NCBI GenBank assembly: GCA_963799995.1
Contig: CAWCZI010000012.1
Coordinates: forward strand, 1,964,492-2,028,491
Origin: an uncultured Solirubrobacterales bacterium
Lineage (GTDB): Bacteria > Actinomycetota > Thermoleophilia > Solirubrobacterales > Solirubrobacteraceae
Length of the DNA stretch: 64,000 bases
Reading direction: 5' to 3'
Shown: piece after piece, positions 9,116 to 16,941 of the stretch
Numbering within the stretch: position 1 is the first letter of the stretch
Layout: each line of letters opens with the position of its first letter
The notes under the pieces: generated by a model
Told to the model about the DNA's origin: nothing
The model's database searches: none
What the model saw: the letters and a program-made list of their open reading frames with translations, nothing else
Made by a program: the position numbers and the translations under genes

Positions 9116-9885
9116 TCGTAGAACCCGTCCGGGGCCAACTTGAGCCGCTCGCGGTAGTCGAGATCGTGGGTGGCTATGAGCAGCGCGTCGTGCTCACGCT
9201 CGAGCGCCTCGATCCGCTCCCAGCTGGACACCATCGCATCCGGGCTCCACAGGACCGCCGGCAGCGCACGCTCGCGCATCTTGGCCAGCAGGTAGGTCGC
9301 GTCGGCGAGCAGGATGACCGTCTGTCCGCTGTCGAGCCTCACCATCAGCGACTGGTGCCCCCGGGAGTGACCGGGGGTGCTCAGCGCGACCAGGCGCCCG
9401 TCGCCGAAGATGTCGTGATCGCCGTCGAGCTGATGCCAGTCGAGCTCGTGCTCGAAGTCGGCGGCCACGTAGAGCAGGCGTTGGTACACCGGTGGCTGCC
9501 GCGCGAAGCTCAGCTCCTCGCGCTGCACCAGGACGGGTGCGTGGGTGAGCCACCCGAGGCCCCCGGCGTGGTCGAAGTGCAGGTGTGACTGGACCACGAT
9601 GTCGATGTCGGTGGGCTTCAGGCCGATGGTCGCCAGGCGCGCCTCGAGGTGGTCCTCGGAGCTCATCTGGACCTCGAACGACGCTGCCGCCGGCCCCAGC
9701 CGGGCCTCGGGATCGGTGCCCATCTGCGGGTGCACCCCGGTGTCGAACAGGACGTTGCCGCGCGGATGCGTGATGACGTACATGAAGTACGGGTTGTAGA
9801 CCTTCGTTCCCACGCGCTCGTCGAACGGGTCAAAGGCCGCCCAGTCCATCAGATCGCCGCCGCAGTGCAGCGCGTACAGCCTCAT
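9112..9885 (-). CDS. N-acyl-homoserine-lactonase-family metallo-beta-lactamase-fold hydrolase
   Basis: VLFDTG, SHLHFDHAGG (HxHxDH), TPGHSRGH, LADA; AiiA/AttM-like layout. Confidence 0.88.
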   Translation of the reverse strand: MRLYALHCGGDLMDWAAFDPFDERVGTKVYNPYFMYVITHPRGNVLFDTGVHPQMGTDPEARLGPAAASFEVQMSSEDHLEARLATIGLKPTDIDIVVQSHLHFDHAGGLGWLTHAPVLVQREELSFARQPPVYQRLLYVAADFEHELDWHQLDGDHDIFGDGRLVALSTPGHSRGHQSLMVRLDSGQTVILLADATYLLAKMRERALPAVLWSPDAMVSSWERIEALEREHDALLIATHDLDYRERLKLAPDGFYE

Positions 9886-11057
9886 CGTCGCACTCGCCCG
9901 CGGACCGCTTCGGCGGCGGCCTTCAGCGCCGAGCGCTCCGCGTCACTGAGGTTGAGCTCGACGATCTCGAGCACGCCGCCGCGACCCAGCACCGCGGGCA
10001 CCCCGAGGAACAGGTCCTCGATCCCGTATTCGCCCTGCAGATAGGCGGACACCGGGATCGCTCCGGCCTGGGCGCCGCGGATTGCCTGCAGCAGCTCGAT
10101 CGTCGCGTGGGCCGGCGCGACCGTGGCCGATCCAGTCCGGCGCAGGCTGACCACCGCGCCACCACCGGCGACGGTCTCACGGATGCACGCCTGGATTCGG
10201 TCAACGGGCAGCACGTCGACCAGCGGCCGGCCGCGGACGGTCGCGCCGGAGACGATCGGGACCATCTCGTCGCCGTGGCTGCCCAGCGTGATCGCCTCCA
10301 CGTCGAGCGGCTGGACCCCGGCGGCGGTGGCGATGGCGTTGCGAAAGCGGCTGGAGTCGAGCGTGGCGGCCATCCCGAGGACTCGCTCGGTGCCCAGCCC
10401 GCTCGCGCGCCACAGCTCATGGGTCATTTCGTCGAGAGGGTTGGTGACGACGATCACGACGGCGCTCGGGGCGAACTGCGCGATCGCCTCGCCGGCCCCT
10501 CTGATAACCGGGCCGTTGACCTGCATCATGGCGGCGCGATCCATGCCCGGGGTGCGGGGCCTGCCGGCGGTGACGACGACGACGTCGCAGCCTGCAATCA
10601 GGTCCAGCGTGGTTCCGCCGCGGGCCCGGGTCGGTGACCCGGTGATGCCCGACGCGTGCTCGATGTCGAGCGCGACCGACTCCGCGAGGCCGGGCACGAT
10701 GTCGATCAGGCAGATCTCATCCGCAAACCCGTCGATCGCGGCCAGATGAGCGGTGGTGGCCCCGACACCACCGGCGCCGATGAACCCCAGGCGCGTAAAG
10801 CGTGTGGGGGTCAGCCCGCGCGGCCTGTCGGATGCCACCCAGCGCGCGCCTCGGCGATACAGGCTGCGCCGGATCGCCCGGCCTGGATCCGCGCCGATCG
10901 GCGCCGGCTTCTCGAGCGGGCCGCGGACGATCTCCACGCCGAGGCGCTCGAGCGCATCGAGTGCCTGCGGCGTGACGATGTCGTCGTTGGCAACCACGAG
11001 CCGGCGCTGGCCGCGGCGAAATGCCTCGCGAACGTGCTCCTCGCCGACGACGTTCAT
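9882..11057 (-). CDS. mdh: LDH-like malate dehydrogenase with an N-terminal EutQ-N-like domain (about 85 extra aa)
   Basis: GAGGVG, LIDIV, TAGRPRTPGMDR (Arg at the malate-specificity position), VTNPLD, LDSSRF, GSHGD. N-terminus VREAFRRGQRRLVVANDDIVTPQALDALERLGVEI. Confidence 0.85.
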   Translation of the reverse strand: MNVVGEEHVREAFRRGQRRLVVANDDIVTPQALDALERLGVEIVRGPLEKPAPIGADPGRAIRRSLYRRGARWVASDRPRGLTPTRFTRLGFIGAGGVGATTAHLAAIDGFADEICLIDIVPGLAESVALDIEHASGITGSPTRARGGTTLDLIAGCDVVVVTAGRPRTPGMDRAAMMQVNGPVIRGAGEAIAQFAPSAVVIVVTNPLDEMTHELWRASGLGTERVLGMAATLDSSRFRNAIATAAGVQPLDVEAITLGSHGDEMVPIVSGATVRGRPLVDVLPVDRIQACIRETVAGGGAVVSLRRTGSATVAPAHATIELLQAIRGAQAGAIPVSAYLQGEYGIEDLFLGVPAVLGRGGVLEIVELNLSDAERSALKAAAEAVRGRVRR

Positions 11058-11665
11058 CAACGGCCTTCGAGGGCCTCCAGCGAGGACGCGGCGGTGTCGA
11101 TCGCCAGCCGTACGTCAGCTTCCGAGCCGGAGATGAACATCCGACCAAAGCGCCCCACGGTGCGCACCTCGACGATCTTGATCGTGGCCACCTTCTCGGC
11201 CTCGTTGGCCGCCGCGGCGATGTAGGCCGCGGGCCCGCACTCGAGAATCCCCAGGGTCTCGCCCGGCACGAGCAGCGATCCGCTGCGCCACTTGTTGAGC
11301 AGCTGCGCCTGGTAGGGCTCCACCGAGGTGATGATCTGGCTGGACTCGACGTTCGGGCGCCGGCGCTCGGTGAGGCTCATCCCGAGATGCGACAGGATCG
11401 CCTCGCGAGCGGCGCTCACCTCGGCGTTGGCGGGCGACCGCAGGATGAAGAAGCCAAATTCCCGCTCGACGATCTGCGAGGTCGCCTGGACGTCAGCCGC
11501 CTTCAGGGCGACGTCCACGACACGGAAGACCTCGTTGCCCGGACCGATCTCACCGACCAGGATGGTGTCGCCGGAGAGCGGAATCGAGCCCTGCACCGTG
11601 GCGCCGTTGTAGGCGGCGAACTGGGGCTGAAGCCGATCTATCTGCACCAGCGCGCGGAGGTCCAT
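11057..11665 (-). CDS. BMC shell protein, tandem-domain BMC-T (CcmP/CsoS1D-like double-stacking type)
   Basis: MDLRALVQIDRLQPQFAAY, EIGPG..VVDVALK, VEREFG, LECGPAAY...ANEAEK, GRFGRMFISGSEADV. Confidence 0.9.
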   Translation of the reverse strand: MDLRALVQIDRLQPQFAAYNGATVQGSIPLSGDTILVGEIGPGNEVFRVVDVALKAADVQATSQIVEREFGFFILRSPANAEVSAAREAILSHLGMSLTERRRPNVESSQIITSVEPYQAQLLNKWRSGSLLVPGETLGILECGPAAYIAAAANEAEKVATIKIVEVRTVGRFGRMFISGSEADVRLAIDTAASSLEALEGR

Positions 11666-11710
11666 CAGCTGTGCTCCGGGTAAAGGAGGTCCATCAGCTG
11701 GGCTCCGGGT
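11656..11710. repeat. 26-nt direct repeat (29-nt period) duplicating the AldDH stop / BMC-T start junction
   Basis: ggaggtccatcagctg(t/g)gctccgggt at 11656-11681 and 11685-11710. It creates the minus-strand mini-ORF MDLLYPEHS* (11694-11665). Confidence 0.85.
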
Positions 11711-13091
11711 CGAGGAGGTCGTTCAGCGACCGCCAGGGACGGGACTCGTAGGCGATCCGCTTGATGTTGATGAGATGAAGTGCGGTCACGTTGTCGGACA
11801 CGATCGATCCCGACCAGGTGCCGGTGCCGAGCATGAAGCTCGGGTCGATGTCACAGGAGAAGCCCATGCCGCCGTGCAGCGCCGGCGTGTTGACGAGCAC
11901 GCGGCCGGCAGGCAGGCGCGAGAATCGCGCCACGACGCTCGGATCGTCGGCGTGGACCACGGCGGTGTGGCCTTCGCCGCCGAAGCGCAGGACCTCGAGC
12001 GCCCGCTGCGCCCCCGCCTCGGCGTCGCCGACGTCGTAGAAGGCGAGGACCGGATCCAGCTTCTCGGCCGACAGGGGATCGCTGCGTCCCACGGTCTCGA
12101 GCTCCGCCAGCAGGACCCGCGTGCGGGGCGCCACATCGAAACCGGCCAGCTTGGCCAGGCGGGTCGCCGATTGCCCGACGTTCTCGACCTTCAAGCGAAG
12201 ATTGCGGTCGAACAGGACCTCCGCCAGGGACTCCGCCTGTCGCCTGGTGCACAGGTGGCCGCCCTGCTCGCGGATCGCGTGCCGCAGCCGCTCCGCGATC
12301 GGATGATCGGCGATCACGGCCTGCTCCGCGGCGCACGCCGTGCCGTAATCGAACGACTTGCTCGAGAGGATCATGTCCGCGACCTCGTCGAGGTCTCCCG
12401 CCTTGGAGCGATCGACGTAGACGGGAACGTTGCCGGGTCCGACCGCCAGCGTCGGCTTGCCCGAGGAGTAGGCCGCCCGCACCATCGCCGCGCCGCCGGT
12501 GGCCATCACCACGGCGATCCGGCGGTGGCTCATCAGCTCGCGCGTGCCGTCCAGGGTCGAGCCGTCCAGGCACTGGATCAGGCCCGGCGGCGCCCCCTCG
12601 TCCTCGGCGGCGTCGGCGAGGACGCGAGTTGTCTCGGCGCCGCAGTGGCGTCCCCGGGGATGCGGCGCGTGCACGATCGCGTTGCCGGCCTTCACCGCCG
12701 AGAGCGTCTTGAAGATGACGGTCGAGGTCGGATTGGTCACCGGGATCAGCGCGGCCACGACACCCATCGGCTCGCCGACCGCGATCACCTTGGTCGCCTC
12801 GTCGCGCCACAGCACGCCGAGGGTGCGGACGTTGCGCAACCAGTCCGACACCGCGATCGTGTTGAACAGGTTCTTGAGCGCTTTGTCGCCGGCGTTGCCG
12901 TACCCCGTCTCCTCAGCGGCGAGCTCGCCCAGGCGTGCCGCCTCGGGGGCGATCGCCCGCGCCATCGCCTCGACGACGCGATCGACGTCCGCCGGATCCC
13001 AGGTGCGGAACGTCAGCCAGGCCTCGTAGGCGCGGTCGGCCGCCCGCCGCGCCTGGGCGATCGAGTCCAGGTCGGGGTAGGCGAGCGTCAT
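11694..13091 (-). CDS. CoA-acylating aldehyde dehydrogenase (EutE/PduP/AdhE-N type), 465 aa
   Basis: Start MTLAYPDLD at 13091 (ATGA overlap). PVTNPTST, HAPHPRG, ATGGAAMVRAAYSSGKP, VGPGNVP, SKSFDYGTACAAEQ (catalytic Cys), EKLDPVL, GHTA. Confidence 0.92.
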   Translation of the reverse strand: MTLAYPDLDSIAQARRAADRAYEAWLTFRTWDPADVDRVVEAMARAIAPEAARLGELAAEETGYGNAGDKALKNLFNTIAVSDWLRNVRTLGVLWRDEATKVIAVGEPMGVVAALIPVTNPTSTVIFKTLSAVKAGNAIVHAPHPRGRHCGAETTRVLADAAEDEGAPPGLIQCLDGSTLDGTRELMSHRRIAVVMATGGAAMVRAAYSSGKPTLAVGPGNVPVYVDRSKAGDLDEVADMILSSKSFDYGTACAAEQAVIADHPIAERLRHAIREQGGHLCTRRQAESLAEVLFDRNLRLKVENVGQSATRLAKLAGFDVAPRTRVLLAELETVGRSDPLSAEKLDPVLAFYDVGDAEAGAQRALEVLRFGGEGHTAVVHADDPSVVARFSRLPAGRVLVNTPALHGGMGFSCDIDPSFMLGTGTWSGSIVSDNVTALHLINIKRIAYESRPWRSLNDLLDPEPS

Positions 13092-14190
13092 GCCAGCGCC
13101 TGCTCGAGCAGGGAGGCGTCGCCGCCGTCCAGGGCACGGCGGACGTCGTCGGGCCGGAAGCGGTCCAAACCAAGGCTCGGCAGGGTTCGCCCGTGCCGCG
13201 TGTAGTCGAGGCCTGCGAGGACCGAGCCGATATCGACGAGCGCAGCCGCGGTGCGAGTCGGGATGCCGGCCAGCGCGCCGGCGCTGATCGAGCGGCACCA
13301 GCGAGCAGCACAGCGCGTCGTGGACGCGGGGGTCGTCGCTCGCGAGCGCGGGACCGAGGTCCTCCTGCACCGGGGCCGGCGGGAGGTCGCGCACCCCGAA
13401 GGCAAACGCCACCCGGCGGCGCTCGTCGTCGATCCGCCGCGCGACCGACGCGAACTCGCGCAGCAGCGCCGGCGCGACGTCTCTGATTCCGGAGAGGTCC
13501 GAGAAGCTGGTCTCGAGCACACCGCGAGCGGGGATGAGCATCGGCAGCAGGGCCCGCAGCCGCTGCACCGCGTCCTCGGTGGCGCGGTTGGGCAGCGCCG
13601 CCGCGGGCACCTCCGCGCTCACGGCCGCGAGCGTGAGCGCACCCGGTTCAGAGGACTCGACCCGGTAGGGCGAAGCCGCCAGCTCGACGATCGTCGGAAG
13701 GTCCGGCGCAGGCGAAACGGCGCAGCGAGCGGGCGACCTCGACGGCCCCGAACGAGCGTCCTGGGACCAGCACCAGGAGCTGCTCGGGCCGCAGCCGGCC
13801 CGCCAGCAGGCCGCCGCAGGTGGCGTGGGCGATGCCGGGAGTCGCGACCAGGATCGCGTCGGCTTCGGTCACGGCGTCGTCGATCCCGGTTCTCAGGCCG
13901 ATCGCCGGCTGGGCGGATGGGCCGTCGGCCAGCCGGTAGGTGCCGACCAGATGCTCGCCCCGCACGGTCACCGCCCGCGGCGCGGCCAGCGCCGCGCGCT
14001 CGGGCTCGAATGCCGTGTGAAGCGTCACTTCGCACTCGGCCGCCAGACACTCGCAGGCCAGGGCCTGGCCCACCGGTCCGGCTCCCAGCACGGCGACGCG
14101 GCGCAGCGGGCGGCGCTCGGGCACCCCGGCCGCCGGCTTGACCTCGTTGAGGTCGGCCAGCAGCGCTTCGAATTCGCCGGCAGAGGTCAT
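13088..14190 (-). CDS. Opine (octopine/nopaline) dehydrogenase-like protein, frameshifted at about 13710 and 13291, apparently catalytically divergent
   Basis: Three frame segments: Rossmann VAVLGAGPVG...ADAILVATP...LVPGRSFGA; then PTIVELAASPY...LETSF...IDDERRRVA; then LVP..ISAGALAGIPT...GRTLPSLGL. This is the opine-DH domain order. Alternative start at 14211. Confidence 0.72.
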
Positions 14191-14215
14191 CCTCGCCGCC
14201 GACCGGGCCATGCGG

Positions 14216-14512
14216 CTACTCGCTGGCGGAGCCGGAGATCATCGAAGCGAGGTCGCCATGTGGCCGGGCGATGACATGGATCGACAGGACCTCGCCGACC
14301 TTGTTGGCGGCCACACCACCGGCGTCCGTCGCCGCCTTGACGGCGCCGACGTCGCCGCGGACGATCACCGTCACCAGGCCGCCGCCGACCCGCTCGTTCG
14401 TGACCAGCTCGACGTTCGCGGCCTTGACCATCGCGTCGGCGGCCTCCAGCGCTGGAACCAGGCCTCGAGTCTCGATCATCCCTAGCGCTACCTGCGGGGT
14501 TTCCGCCATCAC
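14216..14512 (-). CDS. BMC shell hexamer protein (BMC-H, EutM/PduA-like)
   Basis: [28 protein letters not shown]...[23 protein letters not shown]...HVIARPH. Confidence 0.96.
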   Translation of the reverse strand: MMAETPQVALGMIETRGLVPALEAADAMVKAANVELVTNERVGGGLVTVIVRGDVGAVKAATDAGGVAANKVGEVLSIHVIARPHGDLASMISGSASE

Positions 14513-14820
14513 TTGCTCCTTGTCTTGGTGGGCTGTTTGCGGCTCGACGTGCCGGCGTGCAGGTTGACGGCATCGACGATCGCGACGATCGTCAGGTCGG
14601 TGGCGGCCGCGCGCGACTGCGGCGGCTGCCGGGCCGCCGACCCGCGCGTGATCAGCACCTGATCACCGGGCCCGGCACCGACCGTGTCAACGGCGACCTC
14701 GGCCGGTCTGGCATCAGAACCGGCCGGGTCCAGCGGCTGGACGATCAACAGCTTGTGCGAGAGCAGGCTCTCGGTCTTCGCGGTCGCGGTCACCGAGCCG
14801 AGCACTTGCGCGAGCTCCAT
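14509..14820 (-). CDS. BMC vertex pentamer protein (BMC-P, EutN/CcmL family) with a basic C-terminal tail
   Basis: [48 protein letters not shown]. Confidence 0.95.
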   Translation of the reverse strand: MELAQVLGSVTATAKTESLLSHKLLIVQPLDPAGSDARPAEVAVDTVGAGPGDQVLITRGSAARQPPQSRAAATDLTIVAIVDAVNLHAGTSSRKQPTKTRSK

Positions 14821-14872
14821 CAGTGGCGCCCCGGGTGGCGGTTATGCTCGGCTATTTCCGCAATCATGGACG

Positions 14873-14889
14873 TTCGTGTACCGTATACA
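14873..14889. promoter_or_regulatory. Candidate GntR operator in the divergent BMC/oxidase promoter region
   Basis: Its reverse complement TGTATACGGTACACGAA is 15/17 identical to 19986-20002. Confidence 0.6.
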
Positions 14890-14918
14890 GTGACCCGAGG
14901 GAATGCAAGGGCCGGGCA

Positions 14919-14970
14919 CCGGGAGGACAGCTGATGGCCGGGACCCGGGAGGAGAGCTGATGGCCGGGAC
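14919..14970 (+). repeat. 26-nt tandem duplication of RBS plus start codon
   Basis: ccgggagga(c/g)agctgatggccgggac x2. The first copy encodes MAGTREES*, whose TGA overlaps the real ATG (TGATG). Confidence 0.85.
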
Positions 14971-16105
14971 GAGCGATGCGGTCGTGATCGGAGCCGGCAT
15001 CGCCGGAGCCTCGGCGGCGCTCGCGCTGCGCAGGCGTGGGCTCGACGTCACGCTGATCGATGCACGGGAGCCCGGACACGCGCGCGCAGCCTCCGCCGGA
15101 GATCACCGCATCCTGCGCGCCAGCCACGGGTCGGATCAGCTGTACACCCGCTGGAGCCGGGAGGCGCGTCTGCGCTGGATGGAGCTCGGAGCCGAGGTCG
15201 GCCAGGAGCTGTTCGTCCAGAGCGGAGCGGTCATGCTCGCCAAGGCCGGACACACGCAATGGGAGGACGCCTCCCGCGACACCCTCGCCCGGCTGGGGGT
15301 TCCGAGCTTCGTGGTCGACGTGGACGAGCTGCGCCTGCGCCTGCCGCTGATCGACCCGCGCGGCCTGGCGTACGGCCTGTGGGAGCCCGAATCCGGATTC
15401 GTGTACGCGCGGCGAGCCGTCCAGGCGACGGTCCGGCTGTTCGTCGAGATGGGCGGGGTTCTGCGGCGCGGCGTGGGCGGCACCGACGAGCGTGAGCGTC
15501 CCCTGGTCGACGGCCGGCCGATCGAAGCGGGCGTCATCGTCTTCGCCTGCGGCGCCTGGATGGGCCGGCTCTTTCGCCGCACCCTGGGGCAGCTGCTCGA
15601 CATCGTCCGCCAGGATGTGATGATGGTCGAGCCACCACCCGGGGCGACCGGCTATGACGCCGACAGCTTCCCGGCCTGGATCGATCATGGGTATCCCGCC
15701 TACGGGATACCGGCGTCCGGCGGCTACGGCTTCAAGGCGGTGCTCAACTGGCGCGGCATCACGCTCGACATAGACCGCGATGACCGCTTGATCTCCCCCA
15801 CGTCGGTGGCCCGCACGCGGCGCTATCTGGCTCATCGCTTTCCCGCGCTGGCCAACGCGCCGATCGTCGGCCAGGAGGTGGGCCAGATCGCCAACACCAC
15901 CGACACCCACTTCCTGATCGACCACCACCCCGCGCACGACCGCCTCGTGCTCGTGGCCGGCGACTCGGGACACCTGTTCAAGCATGGTCCCGTGGTCGGT
16001 GACCACATCGCCGCGCTCGCGCTTAACGAGATCGACCCCGAGCCGCGTTTCAGCCTCGGCAAGCGCCCCGCCGTGGCGGTCACGTCGGCCGACCGCCCGC
16101 AGTAG
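14960..16105 (+). CDS. FAD-dependent amine oxidoreductase (monomeric sarcosine oxidase/DAAO family), 381 aa
   Basis: AVVIGAGIAG, ASAGDHRILR, FACGAW, TTDTHFLIDHHP, AGDSGHLFKHGPVVG. Confidence 0.88.
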   Translation: MAGTSDAVVIGAGIAGASAALALRRRGLDVTLIDAREPGHARAASAGDHRILRASHGSDQLYTRWSREARLRWMELGAEVGQELFVQSGAVMLAKAGHTQWEDASRDTLARLGVPSFVVDVDELRLRLPLIDPRGLAYGLWEPESGFVYARRAVQATVRLFVEMGGVLRRGVGGTDERERPLVDGRPIEAGVIVFACGAWMGRLFRRTLGQLLDIVRQDVMMVEPPPGATGYDADSFPAWIDHGYPAYGIPASGGYGFKAVLNWRGITLDIDRDDRLISPTSVARTRRYLAHRFPALANAPIVGQEVGQIANTTDTHFLIDHHPAHDRLVLVAGDSGHLFKHGPVVGDHIAALALNEIDPEPRFSLGKRPAVAVTSADRPQ

Positions 16106-16121
16106 AGGACGATCGGTCCGC

Positions 16122-16931
16122 TCAGAGGGACGCAAGAAACGCGTCCACGACCTGGTTGAAGCCGTCGGCCTCCTCGAGGAACGGACAGTGGCCGCTGTCT
16201 TCGAACAGCTCTACTGCGGCCTGCGGGATGTTCTCTTTCAGGTGGGCTGCGCCTGAGACGGGGAGTAGCGCGTCGTGGCGGCCCCAGCAGACCAGAGTCG
16301 GAACGTCGACGGCGGGCAGAACCTCGCGGTAGTCCTGCACCGACTGATCGAACAGAATCGCGCTGAGCGGGCCGATCGGGAGGCGGGCGCACTCATGGAC
16401 CATCCACTCGGCGTCCTCGGGGGCCGGTTCATGGTTGAACATCAGGGCGACCAGATGGCGCAGAAATGCGTCCCTGTCGGCTTGGACATCGCTCATCAGC
16501 GAGGTGAGCGTTTCCAGATCGATGAAGCCGTGGGGAAAGCCATCCCATTTGAAATCCGAGGCGGCCTCGTCGACGACGATCAGTCCCCGCAGGTCACCGG
16601 TGCCGAACTGGCGTATGTAGTCCCAGGCGACGAATGCCCCCATCGACCAGCCCAGGAGGACCGGCCGGGCGAGGCCAAGCGCGTCCACGAACAGCTTCAG
16701 ATCGCGCGCGTACTGAGAAACCGTATGGCCGGACTGCACCTTCTCAGAACCGCCGTGGGCTCGTAGGTCCACGGCCAGGACCCGATGATCGGCGCTGAGT
16801 GGCTCGAGCTGGCGATGGAAGTAGCGCCTGCTCATCGACACGCCGTGGATCAGCACCACGGGCGGGGCGGTCGGATCCCCGGCGTCGTCGTAGGCCAGCG
16901 TTATCCCGTTCGAAAGGCGGATCTCGGGCAA
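16122..16931 (-). CDS. Alpha/beta hydrolase (non-heme chloroperoxidase/arylesterase-like)
   Basis: LIHGVS, DLRAHG, nucleophile GWSMGA, GRHDALL, GHCPFLEE. Confidence 0.88.
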   Translation of the reverse strand: MPEIRLSNGITLAYDDAGDPTAPPVVLIHGVSMSRRYFHRQLEPLSADHRVLAVDLRAHGGSEKVQSGHTVSQYARDLKLFVDALGLARPVLLGWSMGAFVAWDYIRQFGTGDLRGLIVVDEAASDFKWDGFPHGFIDLETLTSLMSDVQADRDAFLRHLVALMFNHEPAPEDAEWMVHECARLPIGPLSAILFDQSVQDYREVLPAVDVPTLVCWGRHDALLPVSGAAHLKENIPQAAVELFEDSGHCPFLEEADGFNQVVDAFLASL

Positions 16932-16941
16932 GGCAGGCTCC

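Noticed and set aside
11694-13622. 642-aa ORF suggesting an N-terminally extended aldehyde dehydrogenase
   Set aside because: The extension is the middle frame of the frameshifted opine-DH-like gene plus out-of-frame sequence. The AldDH starts at 13091 with an ATGA overlap.
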